Positions 38,723-53,214 of a DNA stretch of 64,000 nt are shown here, in pieces. The notes under the pieces are model-generated. The model was given only the letters and a program-made list of their open reading frames with translations. It was not told the DNA's origin and ran no database searches. The stretch's first letter is position 1. Each line of letters starts with the position of its first letter. The position numbers and the translations under genes were made by a program. Location: assembly GCA_000004695.1 (NCBI GenBank), contig CM000151.3, positions 3,296,001-3,360,000 on the forward strand. The letters are read 5' to 3'. Origin of the DNA: Dictyostelium discoideum. Taxonomy: Eukaryota.

Positions 38723-39690
38723 ATGAGACTCTTGGTAACTTTGATTTTACTTATTTTTGTTTTAACCGTTAGTGGTCAATATAGTTGTAGTAACCCATGC
38801 TATGGTAATATGTGTTGCTCTATTCCAAGCAATAATGAATATTATCTTACTACTTTTTGTGATGAATCTACTGCCTGTGGAACTCCATGTTCAGCCCAAA
38901 CTTACTTTGTAAAGTATAGAAAGCATTTATTTTTATTTTTGTTTTTTATTTTTTGATAAAGTAATTATTGTACTTACAACATAAATAATAGACTGCAGAT
39001 AGTCAACGTTTTGGTTGTGGTGTAACATTAACAATTTGTTCAACAAGTGGTGGTTCAACAACAACTGGTGGAACAGGTTCTGCAGGTACCTCAACTTCAA
39101 GCGGAAGTGGAAGTGGAAGTGGTAGTGGTAGTGGTAGTGGAAGTGGAAGTGGAAGTGGTACATCAGGTAGTTCTTCAAGTGGTAGTTCAAGTGGAAGTGG
39201 TAGTGGCAGTTCAAGTGGAAGTGGTGGTTCAAGTGGAAGCGGTAGTGGCTCAACTATGGAAACTGGAGGGTAAGATTTAAACTATTTTCATTTTAAACAT
39301 TTTTAAAAAATATTAATATTAAAATTAAAATTTTGGAAAAAAAATATAAAAAAAAAAAAAAAAAAATTTAGTTTCTATGGTGTTTGTGTTAAAGCAATTA
39401 CTATTGATGCTGGTCCAAATATTAGTGTTGAAGAAGAAGCAGGTATGGCAATTATTGATGCATCATCACAAATTTGTCAAGATCTCTTTGGTTCATCATC
39501 ATGTGGTTGGTCTGATAAAAGATCAATTACAGCCGTCCAATCATCTGTTGAAGATGGATTCCCAGTTAACAAACCATTCAATGTCACTTTTGAAGATTAT
39601 AATAAAATCATTTCAAATAGTTTAATTTTAGATCAACAATGTTCAAATAAAAATAATTGTAAATATAATAAATTAGAATTAATGAAATAA
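38723..39690 (+). CDS. Secreted two-domain protein with a (Gly-Ser)n linker and 3 exons: 38723-38908, 38992-39269 and 39372-39690. Family unknown.
   Basis: It has the signal peptide MRLLVTLILLIFVLTVSG and an N-terminal Cys-rich module (CSNPCYGNMCCS...CGTPC). The GSGSGS... linker is encoded by ggaagtggtagt repeats. The C-terminal module is FYGVCVKAITIDAGPN...CGWSDKRS. Phase-consistent gtaaag...tag and gtaaga...ttag introns were found. Confidence 0.55.
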
Positions 39691-40124
39691 AATTTTAAAA
39701 TCAAAAAAAAAAAAAATAAATAACCAAAAAAAAAAAAAAAAAAAAGTGGAATTTTATTTTATTTTTATTTTTGTTTAAACTTGGTATTTTTATTTTTTTT
39801 TTTTTATTTTTTATTAAATTCAATCTAATTTTAAACATTTTTTCAAGAGAATTATTTTGTTTTTGTTATGGATTTTTTTTTTAATTATTAATTTATTAAT
39901 TAAAAATTTAATTTTTTTTTTTTTTTATTTTTAAAATAATAAAAAAAACATAGGGATACAGGATAAAACATTATTTGAAAAAAAAAATTTTTTTTCAATG
40001 AATTAATTGGTTTGATATTGTAAATTGAAAATGATTTTTACAATTTCTTCCAATCTTTAAAAAATTTCCAAAAGAATCTTTTTTAATTTCCATTTTATGA
40101 CTTTTTAAAACTCAACTTGCATTT

Positions 40125-40158
<34 letters not shown>

Positions 40159-40442
40159 TAATAAAAAACGGACAAATCTTATTTGAAAAATAATCCGTTA
40201 AATTTAGAAATTAAAAACAATGTTTTTTTTAATTAAAAATAATGTTTTTTTTATAAATCTAAAAAATAAAAAATAAAAAAATAAAAAAAATAAAAAAAAT
40301 AAAAAAAATAAAAAAAAATTAAAAATAAAATAATTAAAATTAAAAAAAAAAGGTATTTGAACTAAACAATTTTTTTTTTATTCACTTTTTTTCATTTACA
40401 ATTTAGTATCAATATATATATATATTAAAAATTATTTATTTC

Positions 40443-40475
<33 letters not shown>

Positions 40476-40610
40476 CAATTATATTTTTTTTTGGAAAAAA
40501 AAATAATAAAAAAAAACAAAACTGAAAGAAATTAATTATTCTACATTAACTAAATTAAACCAAATATATTATAATATTTATAAAAATAAATTTAAAAAAT
40601 CTATTATAAA

Positions 40611-40987
40611 ATGAAATTATTATTATCACTTATAGTTTTATTTTTTACATTCACCAAAAATGTGAATAGTTATGGTGAATCTGATTCTTCTGGATTGCCA
40701 AGTTATCAAGAAAGAGAACAATTCAATTTAGTTAATTTAATTAGAATGTTTCCTACTCAGTGGAAGGCAGATTATATGAGTACATATTCAAATCTAAATG
40801 GAATGCTTGTTAACTATCCACCAGTTCCTCCTTTGTATTATGATAATACATTAAATAGACTTGCTTTATCACATAGTCAAGATATGGGAAATAATAACTG
40901 TTTTCAACATAATTCATGTGATGGAACTAATATTTGGACGTATGTAATAATTTTATTTTTTTTAAAATTTTTAAATTATTATTTTAA

Positions 40988-41030
<43 letters not shown>

Positions 41031-42682
41031 GACGTTTTAATCAATTTATTACATGTAAAGGCTCAAATGGTGCAATGTCAGAAAATATTGCAGCTGGTAC
41101 AGATGCTCTTGAAGCTATTAAAATGTTGGTATGTGATGAAACTGGTGGTAAATGTGCTAATGATAAATCAAGTAGCGATGGACATCGTTCTTCCATTATG
41201 TCTAGTGATTATAAAACATTAGGTGTTGGTTACTATTCTAAATCTGGATCTGATTATACTCAATATTGGACCCAAGATTTCAATGAAGGTAATTGTAATT
41301 CACCAACAAATCCAATTTATTCTGGCTTTCATACTTGGGTAACAAGTAATCCACAATTCATTGTTTTATTTTATAGTACTACCGATAGTGTTTCAACTAT
41401 GTCATTGGTATTTGGTGACGGAACCTCAAAAGTTTTATCAAGAACTTATGGAACTGCAAGCTCTGGTGCTTATATTACAACTTCCACTTATGTCGCTTGC
41501 CAAGCATATTACTACGAAGTAAAAACCACTGGTTCAAAAACTTATAGATATCCTGAAACAGGTTTTTTACAAGTTTCTAAATCATCTTCATGTTCTGGAT
41601 GGGTTCTAGGTGCATCCGTAACACCAACAACAACTCCAACTGAAACTGTTACCCCAACTCCAACTGTGAGTGCTACCCCAACTCCCACTGAGACAGTAAC
41701 TCCAACACCCACAATGACTACTACTCCAACACCAACCGAAACTGTTACTCCAACTCCTACTGAGACTGTTACTCCAACCCCTACTGAGAGTGCAACTCCA
41801 ACTCCCACCGAAACAGTAACTCCAACTCCTACTGTGACTACTACTCCGGCACCAACTGAGACTGTTACTCCAACTCCTACTGAGAGTGCAACTCCAACTC
41901 CTAGTGAAACAGTAACTCCAACTCCTACAGTGACTGCCACTCCAACTCCAACTGAAACAGAAACTCCAACTCCTACCGAGACTGCCACTCCAACACCAAC
42001 CGAAACAGTAACCCCAACTCCTACAGTGACTACAACCCCAACTCCCACTGAATCAGTAACTCCTACCGAAACTGCCACTCCGACCCCAACTGAAACAGTA
42101 ACTCCAACCCCAACTGAAACAGTAACTCCAACCGATACTATTACTCCAACCCCATCCGAGAGTACAACCCCAACCGAGACTGTTACCCCAAATCCTTCTG
42201 AAACAGTAACTCCAACTGAGACCTCTACCCCAACTCCTTCTGAAGCTTCATCAGAAACCAGTATCCCATCTGATTCGTTGGATACTTCTAATCCAAGATC
42301 ATCTGATGAAACCTCTGAAACTCCATCAGATACATCTGGAAGTAACACTCAATTATCTAGTGATAACCCAGCAACTGATTCCTCAAGCAAAAATCAAAAT
42401 TCAGAAGATATTCCAATTATCTCGACTTCATCTGATGAAAGCTCTGGAGATATTGGGACTCCAATTGAAACTAAAAATCCAACAGAAAGTTCATCAATTG
42501 AAACCAATTCACAAGAATCTTCGACATCAACCTCTGAATCTTCTACACAACTCCCTGTTGATAATTTAGGAAGTGAATCAAAACATCAACATGAAGATTC
42601 AGACTCAGATTCAAGCTCATCAATTGTCTCAATTACTTATGTTTCATTTACATTTTTTGTACTATTATCTTTGATTTTATAA
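40611..42682 (+). CDS. Secreted CAP/SCP/PR-1-like domain protein with a long Thr/Pro mucin-like repeat region and a C-terminal hydrophobic GPI-anchor-like tail. It has 2 exons: 40611-40939 and 41032-42682.
   Basis: It has the signal peptide MKLLLSLIVLFFTFTKNVNS. CAP motifs are present (NCFQHNSCDG...; GHRSSIMSSDYKTLGVGYY...YWTQDF). About 25 copies of the 24-nt unit (TPTPTETV) span 41630-42240, followed by a Ser-rich region, and the protein ends ...SIVSITYVSFTFFVLLSLIL. Confidence 0.75.
41630..42240 (+). repeat. 24-nt (8-aa TPTPTE[T/S]V) tandem coding repeat within the CAP-domain gene.
   Basis: The unit actccaactcctactgaaacagta is repeated with synonymous variation. The antisense ORF 41542-42348 is an artefact of this repeat. 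Confidence 0.85.
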
Positions 42683-43152
42683 AGAAATAAATAATTATAA
42701 TATTTAATATTTAATATTTTAAAAATAAATCCCTATTAAAATTTTATTTTTTAAACATATGAAGAATAGATTTAATTTTGTTATTAAATTGTATTGAAAA
42801 AAAATAAAAAATTTTATTTTTATTTTGGTTTATAATTAAATTTTTTTATTATTAATTATTAAGTTTAATATTTACATTTTTGGTTAAAATTTATTTTATA
42901 ATAATTTTTTAAAACTCCAATAATTAGGAATTAATTTATTTAAAGTAAAAGAAATTATGAATAATAAATTGTTATTATCAGTACTTTTATGACAATAAAA
43001 AAGTGGATAATCAATTTTACATACAGAGTTTTTGTGTGTTAATTTATAATAAAAAAGAATTTTAAAAAAAACAAACACACAAAGAAGGTGTGTGGTGATA
43101 TTTTTATAAATTGTTTATTTTAATATTTTAAAAAAAAATAACAATTAGTGTT

Positions 43153-43189
<37 letters not shown>

Positions 43190-43315
43190 CTTTACATTAA
43201 TATAATTAATTAATATAATAAAATTTAATTTCTTCTTTATTTTAAAAAATTATAAATTTAACATTATTTTTTAAATATTGCTTTATTTGTAATCAAAAGA
43301 TATAATAAAAAAGAG

Positions 43316-45079
43316 ATGAATGAAATTGATGAAAACCACACTTCTGAAAATAATAAAAATAAAAAAATCAATCCAATAATAAAAATTATTGTTAATCATT
43401 ATAAAAACAATCCACAAAAAAAAACAGAACAACAAATTGAAAATGAAAAATATTTATTAGGAAAAAGAGTTAAATTTAATAGATGGATTTTATTTCCAAT
43501 TGCAATTTTATCACAATTTACTGTAGGTTCATTATATGCATGGAGTATTTATAATAAACCAGTGGATGGAGCAATTTTTGGTGATGAAAATAAAGGAATG
43601 GCACCCTACACATTTTATGTTGCATTCTTTTTCTTTGGTAGTGCTTGTTCAATATTGGGTCCGGTTTTGGATAGAATTGGTCCTATGAAATCAATGTATA
43701 TTGGTTCTACATTATTCGTTGCTGGTCATTTTTTAACTGCTCTTGGAATTTACACAAAAGTAATTTGGCTAGTTTATATTGGTTATGGGGCATTTGGTGG
43801 TTCGGGTATGGGTATTTGTTACATTGGTCCTGTTTCAACATTACAAAAATGGTTTCCGGATCATAGAGGTTTAGCAGCGGGTTTGGCTGTATGTGGATTT
43901 GGTGCTGGCTCAATTGCTTTTGGTTCAATACCAATAAAAATAATTGCAAGGGTTGGTCTTGCATTAAATTTCGTAGTGTTGGGGTCATTATTTTTCGGTA
44001 TATTATTTTCAATTTCATTTATTTTTAGAACACCACCACCAAATTTTCAAGTTAATGGTAAAGATTCTGATCAAAATAGATTAAAAGAAAACTCAGATGA
44101 AGAATCTAATATTAATGAAGGAACTGAATCACCGACATCATCAATAGATAAAAATAATATTAATAATAAAGTTTGTAAGAATGATGAAATATCTTCATCA
44201 TCAGTATCACAATCAACCACTGATGATAAATTACCAGAAAAACATCAACAACAAAATGAAATTGGATCATCATCTGAAAATGTTATTATTAAAACTAAAA
44301 AAGAACCTAAATTTTCAGATTATTTATTATCTGATGCAATTACATCATCAGAGTATACAATTATTTATTTAATGTTTTTCTGTAATGTCATATTTGGAGT
44401 GGTTGCAATTGGAAGATTAAGTGATATGTGCCAAAACATGTTTGGTAAAAGTAAAGTTGTTGGTTCTATGGTGGTATCAGTTAATGGTGCATTCAATTTA
44501 TTCGGTAGATTAATGTTTGGTTTTGTTAGTGATAAATTTGGTAGAAAGAAATGTTATATAGCAATGCTTACCATTCAATGTTTTTCAGTTGGTTTCTTAA
44601 TAAAAGCAATGAAAGATTTAAACTATGAAGCTTTCATAGGACTAATTTGGATTTCCACACTTTGTTATGGTGGCTCATTCGGTGTAATACCAGCATTTTT
44701 AAATGACATGTTTGGTTCTAAAAATGTTGGAGCCACTCATGGTTTAATTTTATCGGCATGGGCATTAGCTGGTGTTGGTGGTGGTATTGCTTTCTCATTT
44801 ATCTATAATGATTTAATTAATAATCATGGCTATGGTCATCATTCAGCTTATCCTTATTTGGTTAATTATTATTGGATAGTTGGTTTCATTTGTGTGGGTT
44901 GGGTTTTAGTTTGGTTCATAAGAACAACTGTACCTGAAGTTTTCTTACCACCCATTAAAGGTCAAATCTTAAGAATTAGGATATTTAATCGTTACTTAAG
45001 GATTAGTAAATCAAAAGGTTTTGAATTATTAACAAATCAACAATTTAAACAAGAATGGGATAATTATTTAAACTCTTAA
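43316..45079 (+). CDS. Major facilitator superfamily transporter of the oxalate:formate antiporter / monocarboxylate-transporter-like type.
   Basis: It is 587 aa with about 12 predicted TM helices in a 6+6 arrangement and a hydrophilic central loop. The motif GSLYAWSIY...DRIGPMKS...GGSGMGICYIGPVSTLQKWFPDHRGLAAGLAVCGFGAG is typical of OFA-family MFS. Confidence 0.7.
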   Translation: MNEIDENHTSENNKNKKINPIIKIIVNHYKNNPQKKTEQQIENEKYLLGKRVKFNRWILFPIAILSQFTVGSLYAWSIYNKPVDGAIFGDENKGMAPYTFYVAFFFFGSACSILGPVLDRIGPMKSMYIGSTLFVAGHFLTALGIYTKVIWLVYIGYGAFGGSGMGICYIGPVSTLQKWFPDHRGLAAGLAVCGFGAGSIAFGSIPIKIIARVGLALNFVVLGSLFFGILFSISFIFRTPPPNFQVNGKDSDQNRLKENSDEESNINEGTESPTSSIDKNNINNKVCKNDEISSSSVSQSTTDDKLPEKHQQQNEIGSSSENVIIKTKKEPKFSDYLLSDAITSSEYTIIYLMFFCNVIFGVVAIGRLSDMCQNMFGKSKVVGSMVVSVNGAFNLFGRLMFGFVSDKFGRKKCYIAMLTIQCFSVGFLIKAMKDLNYEAFIGLIWISTLCYGGSFGVIPAFLNDMFGSKNVGATHGLILSAWALAGVGGGIAFSFIYNDLINNHGYGHHSAYPYLVNYYWIVGFICVGWVLVWFIRTTVPEVFLPPIKGQILRIRIFNRYLRISKSKGFELLTNQQFKQEWDNYLNS

Positions 45080-45365
45080 TAAAAATATATAAAAAAAGAA
45101 TAAAAAAGATAGAGTTTTTTAAGCTCAAAAAAAAGAATAAAAAAGATAGAGTTTTTTTTTTTTTTATTACTATTTATTTATTTATTTGTTTTTTTTTTTT
45201 TTTTTTTTTTTTGTTTTTTTTTTTTTTTTGTGTATTTGTTTTACTTTTTTACCTGATTGTTTTTTTTTTTTTTTCTTTTTTTACTTTTTAATTTATTATA
45301 GGAAAAGAAATACTTTTTTTTTTTTTTTTTTTGATTATGTATAAATTAAGAATTCTACTTTGCTG

Positions 45366-46732
45366 GTGGCTTTGTTGTGGTTGAAGAAGATTGTGGAACT
45401 ACGACTTTATTCTGTCTGTAGAAGGTAGTTTGATTTGGATTAGATGATGAAGTAGTAGTAGTAGTTTGTTGTGGTGATTGATCAGAGTCTACATTATTAT
45501 AAGATGGGGTAGATAATAATTGTCTGAATTGCTCATCTGTAGTGGTTGTAGCTATATTTGAAACGGTTGAAATATTTTTAACATTGCTTGGTTGTGAAGA
45601 TGATGTTGTAGTGGTGGTTGTAGTTTGTTGTTGTTGTTGTTGTGCTTGTTGTTGTAATTGTTGTTGTGCTTGTTGTTGTTGTTGAATTTGTTGTTGAATT
45701 TGTTTGTTGTCGTTTGATAATGGTCTTTCAAGAGGTGGCTTTTCTCTTAGCTAGAGATAGAAAAAAAATATATATATAAATATTAATATGTAAATTTAAT
45801 ATATATATATACAGCTAATACAATACAAATAATTTAAAAACTTACTTTTCTAACAATAACCCAATCAAACATATAGTCGTATCTATAACCCTCTCTTACA
45901 AACATTTCTCTTAATAACTTTCTAAGATAAAGGAAATCTGGTTTATCTTCAAATTTTAAGAATCTTGTATAATTTAAAAATGTTGCAAATTCACCTAAAA
46001 AAAAAAAAGAAAAGAGAGGAAAAAAAAAGGTTAAATTATATTTTCTATTTTTTAAAAAAAAAAAAAACTTATAATATAACTTACTTGGGAAACCTTGACA
46101 TAATGTATCAATTTTAGTTTGTGCTTTTTTATCACAAATTTTTTCGTATTTATCTCTTTTAGTGTAAGCTTTTAAACCTTGCCATGGTAAACTACCTCTA
46201 TTGAAATACATAAGAACATAACCAAGTGATTCTAAATCGTCTCTTCTACTTTGTTCAATACCTTGATGAGTATTCAACGAAGCGTAACGAGCAGTACCAG
46301 TTAAATTCTTGTGTTCTCTGTATGGAATGTGTTGATGAGTCTTTGGATCACGATAACGTTTTGCCAACCCAAAATCAATTAGATTGACAACATGGCCTCG
46401 TTTTCCAATTCCCATCAAGAAATTATCAGGCTTTATATCTCTGTGAATAAAGTTGTTTGAATGAATGAACTCTATTCTTCTAAGCATTTGATCACCCAAC
46501 ATTAACACAGTTTTTAAACTAAACTTTCTACCACAATAATTAAAAAGATCTTCTAAACTTGGTCCTAATAAATCCATAACCATTATATTATAGTCACCAT
46601 CGAATCCAAACCATTTAACTGCAGGTATACCAACTATAAAAAAAAATTAAAAATAAAAAATATTAGTATTAATATATATATATATATAGGAAGAAAATAA
46701 AAAATATATTAGAAACATAATTTCTTTTGAAA

Positions 46733-46766
<34 letters not shown>

Positions 46767-46965
46767 ATAATAACTTACTTCCACCTTGAAATATTTTATA
46801 TAATTTTGATTCAAATAAAAGTTGTGGATGAATTGCTTTTGCAGGTTCTAATTTAATTGCAACTTCTTCATTGGTTGATATGTTGGTTCCTAAATAAATC
46901 TCACCAAATGATCCACCACCTATCTTCCTACTTATTCTATATTTACCACCAATTCTTAAATCCAT
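45366..46965 (-). CDS. cak1: Casein kinase I with 4 exons: 46778-46965, 46081-46633, 45846-45994 and 45366-45757. It has a Q/T-rich C-terminal tail.
   Basis: It is collinear with human CK1 delta/epsilon. Compare [26 protein letters not shown]...[17 protein letters not shown]|[10 protein letters not shown]...[28 protein letters not shown]...[10 protein letters not shown]...|[28 protein letters not shown]...[12 protein letters not shown]|[10 protein letters not shown]...(Q)n. All junctions are gtaagt...ag with consistent phase. Confidence 0.85.
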
Positions 46966-47436
46966 CTTTTAATTGGTATGTATTTTATTTTATTGTTTCT
47001 TTATTGATGATATTATATACACTGGTATTACTTTTATTGTTGTTATTTGCTTTTCTTGATGTTGTTATATTATTGAACTTGATGTGATTTAATAATGATA
47101 ATAAGGTGTGTTGATGTTTTTTTTTTTTTTTTTTTTTTTTTCTTATTTGTTTAAATTACACTATATTACTATTATTGTTATATTATTTTATTTTATTTTT
47201 TTTGAAAATTTATTTATTTATATGTACAATTATTATATTATTATCTATAATTTAATTATTTTTGTATGGTATTATTATTAAAAAAAAAAAAAAAAAGAGT
47301 GATATGAATGCTCTTCTTCTTTAACTATTATTTAATATTTTACTATTATACAGAAATAATAAAAAAAAATAGATAACAATTAGAAATAAATAAAAAAAAA
47401 AAAAAAATCAGCAATACATAAAAAATTTAAAATTAA

Positions 47437-47471
<35 letters not shown>

Positions 47472-47784
47472 ATAATATGGCAAAAAAAAAAAAAAATTTT
47501 GTGGGGTTTTGTTGAAAAAAAAAAAAAAAAAAATAAAAAAAATAATTTTAAAAAAAAAAAAAAATAAAAAAAAAAAAAAATTAAAAAAAAAAAATTATTT
47601 GAACGTTGGCAGGAATAAATTCGATCGTGCTAAATTTAACAACAACAAAAAACAAATAAAGAAACAATAAAAGTAATTTAATTTAATTTATTTTTTTTAT
47701 TTTATTTTATTTTTGATAAAGCACATAAAAATAATAAAAATAATAAAAATAATAAAAATAATAAAATAAAAATAATAAAATAAA

Positions 47785-47819
<35 letters not shown>

Positions 47820-49111
47820 TTATTAAAATTATTATTATAAAAATTATTTTTATTTTTTTTTCCCAATTTTTTTGTTTATATAAAAAAATTATATAAAAAG
47901 TTAATATCCCTTCCTTTTTAAGTGTTAACCTGTTTTTAATTTTAAATTAAATTAAAATATTTTTTTTTATTCAAATGGTTTTTTTTTTTTTTTTTTTTTT
48001 TTTTGTTTTTTTTTTTTTTTCCAGATATTAATAAAATGATGTTTTTTTTTAGATTATATGCAAAATTTTAGATTTTCTCACTCCACTTTTTTTTATTTAA
48101 TTTTTCTTTTTCCTGCTTTGTTTTTAAACACAAAAGAAAAAATAAAAAATTAAAAAAAAAAAATTAAAAAATTAAAAAATTTAAAAAAAGATAATAATTT
48201 ATTTTAAATTATATAATAAAATTCTTTGTGTCATATTACTATTGTTTTGTTATTTATTACTATATATTCTTAAAATTGAATATAAGGATAAATTAATACA
48301 AATAAAAAAAAAAATTTAAAAATTACATGTAATAAATGGTAATAAAAAAAAAAAAAAAAAAAAAATTTATTATTTTTATTTATTAATTCTTTTTTTTTTT
48401 AAAAAAAATTGAAAGTTATAATGGTCAAAACAACACCCACTGAATTAATTTTTTGATCTTGAAATTCTTTTTATTATTTTTTTATAATTTATTTATTTTT
48501 TATCATTTATTTTATTTTTGTTTTGTTTGTTTTTATTTATTTTATTTTATTTTATTTTATTTTATTTTATTTTATTATATTACAATGTATTTATCCTTTA
48601 ATCATTAAAATGATACCCAAATAATTTTTTTTAATTCTCAGGATTTTTTTTTTTTGATGACAATGTCAGATATTTGACTGGCGAATTTCTGTTTTTTTCA
48701 AATTTTTTTTCATTTTTTTTTTTTTTTCCTCATTTAATTAAGTTTGTAAAAAACAAAAAAAAAAATAAAAAAAAAATAAAATAAAAAATAAAAAAAAAAA
48801 AAAATAATAAAAAAAAAAAATTCAATATTGCACATGTGGTGAAAATATTGTCACTGCATTTTATTTTGTTTATTGTTTGTTTTGTCTATTTTATTTTATT
48901 TATTTCAATAAAAAAAAAATAAAAAATAATAATAATAAAAACAAAAAGTACGATAAAAAGGATTGATAAAAAAAAAATAAAAAATAAAAAAAAAAAAATA
49001 AAAAATAAAAAATAATTTTAATGTTGTTCAAAAAAAAAAAAAATAATAAATAATAAAAAATAAATTATAAAATAATATTAATTAAATAATAAAATAATAA
49101 AAAAAGAAAAT

Positions 49112-51069
49112 ATGTTTATAAATATATTTTCATTTTTATTTGGAGTTTTCTCCACAATAGTATGCGCAATTTATTTATTTATTCGATTGTTGGAGACATT
49201 AGATACAAAAACCGAAAAAGAATATCTTGAAATGTTAAAAGAGACCGAAGCAGAGAAAAAGTTAATGAAATTAGATACTTCAAGATACAACTCTGAAAAA
49301 AGAGGTAAAGTTTATATAAAACTACCAGATTCAACAACAAATATACCAGAAAAGCATTATTGTGTCTTAAAAAACAATATGTTATTTTTATTTAATAATC
49401 CAAATGTATGTATATATATATAAATACATAGGTAAAAACAATAAATAAATAAATAAATAAATAAATAAAATTAAAGCTAATTATTTATTTTTTATTTTTT
49501 ACTTTTTATTATTTTTTTTTTAAAAAAAACAAAGGATGTATCAGCAGTTAATGTGATTTGTTTTGATGGTTGTTCAGTATCGATTGTTAGAAATAAAATT
49601 GGATCAAGTAAATATAATAAAAAGAATTGTATATCAGTTATGCAACCAGAAAGAGATTTATTATATCATTCAAAGATTTTACACTTTTATTTTGATTGTG
49701 GAAAAGATTTAAAAACATGGTATTGGTTTGTAAAGGAAGCATCATCAATGACTGTAAAGAAAACACAATTAGAGGATCAAGAAGAGAAAATTTGTAAAAA
49801 GTTTTTCGAAGAGTTACCAGCACGTTTAAATATACCACAAAGTTGTAGGGTTGGTACAATACCAGAACAAACTCAACCATCTGTAACAAATAATGTAAAT
49901 AATAATAATAATAACAATAGTAATAATAGTAATAATATAACGAATAGTAGTAGTACTAGTGGTGGTGGTAGTGGTGGTAGTTTTGATACACCATCATCGG
50001 CATCATCATCATCATCATCATCGATAAATTCAACAGCATCATCATTATCAAGTTTTGCAATTAATAAATTTAAATCAAAAACATCACAACCAACAGAAGA
50101 ACAATCAATATTGAGAGATAGATCAGCATCGAAATCATCTTCAACAAATTCTGCATTCTCAAATGAAATGATCGATAGTCAAATTAATACATTAATTGAT
50201 GATATTAATGACAATAGTAGTAGCAGTAGTAGTAGTGGTGGTAATAGTGGATTTGCTAAAAATGGTAGTATTCATTTATCGTCTAATCAATTCATGCAAA
50301 ATACCAATTCATCAATACCAAGTCAAATTCAACCAGTACAATCTAGATACGATTGGTTCAATGTTGCATTGGCTCGTGTATTCTTTAATTTCTATGCATC
50401 TGAAACTTTATTGGGTTTTGCCGCTGAAAAAATCACTAAAAAAATTAATAAATTAAAGAAACCATCAATCCTTAAATCAATTACTTTACAAAATTTAGAT
50501 TTCGGTCCAAATATTCCAGTTTTAAATGATGCTAAACTTTTATATTTAACACCACAAGGTGAATTTGTAAGTTTTAAAAATATATATATATATATATATA
50601 TATTTTAAATATGTAATTATTAATTCATTTTTATTTTATTTAATAATAAAAATAATAATAATTATAGAGTGCAGATATAGCAATTACATATCATGGTGGA
50701 TTCACTTTAACAATTAAAATTGAAGTTATGATTAGTTTCCGTAATCATTCAGTTACAATTCCATTTGTAATTTCAGTATTAATTAAATCATTACAAGGTA
50801 GATTAAATGTACAATGTTTACCAACACCAACTAAAAGACTTTGGATTGGTTTCTATGAAGAACCTGAATGTGAATTATCAATCGATACTTCAATTGGTCA
50901 ATCTAAAACTGGTTATTTCACAAATATGCCAAAATTAGCAAAAATCATTGTCAATAAATTAAAAGCTGAAGTTTTCGAAATGATGGTTTTACCAAATATG
51001 GATGATTTCCCATTACCTCATCCAAAAGGTCACAAAAATCCACCTCCAATTCCTCAACCAACTTTATAA
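49112..51069 (+). CDS. TEX2/Nvj2-like ER lipid-transfer protein with an N-terminal TM helix, a PH-like region and an SMP domain. It has 3 exons: 49112-49405, 49535-50566 and 50668-51069.
   Basis: The N-terminus is MFINIFSFLFGVFSTIVCAIYLFIRLL. The SMP-type block is RYDWFNVALARVFFNFYASE...SITLQNLDFGPNIPVLNDAKLL...|SADIAITYHGGFTLTIKIEVMISFRNHSVTIPF...LWIGFYEEPECELSIDTSIG... Introns are gtatgt...caaag and gtaagt...tatag, and frames were verified. Confidence 0.7.
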
Positions 51070-51094
51070 AATATATAAACATATAAAGAAAATA

Positions 51095-51145
<51 letters not shown>

Positions 51146-51297
51146 TAAAAAATAAAAAATAAATATATATATAAATATAAAATATAATAATATATTATTC
51201 TTTCTTTCTTTTCTTTGTTTTCTTTCTTTTTTTTTATTTTATTTTATTTATTTAAATACATTATTATTTTGTATTAAAATTATTATTTATTACTTAT

Positions 51298-52596
<1,299 letters not shown>

Positions 52597-53021
52597 TTTT
52601 TTTTTTTTTTTTTTTTTGAAAAAAAATTAAAAAATTAAAAAAATTAAAATTAAAAAAAAATAAAAAAAAATAAAATAAAAATAAAGCAGATTGGGTCAAA
52701 TGTTTAAAAAAAAAAATTAATCAGAGACATTTGTGTGTTAAAGAAAAAAAAAAAAAAAAAAGAAAAATAGACACAAAAAAAAAAAAAAAAAATTAAAATT
52801 AATAATCAAATATTTAATAATGAAAAAATAGATTCAAAAAAAAAAAAAAAAAAAAAAAAGTTGTTATATTAAAATATTTGTATAATTAATTATAACAATG
52901 ATATAAAGTTTCTGCGAAAATTTTCGTTTTTTTTTTTTTTTTTTTATAGGTTTGAGAAAAATAATGTAAAAATTATGTAAGCCGTTACAAAGTTTTCAAA
53001 TTTTTTACATTGGTTATGAGT

Positions 53022-53058
<37 letters not shown>

Positions 53059-53135
53059 CACAAAAATAATTTTTTTCATTTTTTTAGTTCTTTTTGTTTA
53101 TTTTATTTACGCAACCTTAAAAAAAAAAACACAGA

Positions 53136-53183
53136 ATGGGTATGTCTCTCTTTTATTTTACCCATATAAAAAAAAACAAAGAG

Positions 53184-53214
<31 letters not shown>

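Noticed and set aside
41542-42348. 268-aa minus-strand ORF opposite the CAP-protein repeat region.
   Set aside because: It is the antisense reading of the TPTPTETV repeat (poly-GV). The sense strand has the signal peptide, the CAP domain and the GPI tail.
47000-49100. The 2-kb gene-free stretch between casein kinase I and the TEX2-like gene, as a possible hidden element.
   Set aside because: It is composed of homopolymer and simple (ATTTT)n runs with no GC island, ORF or repeat termini that I could see. It looks like ordinary Dictyostelium intergenic DNA.
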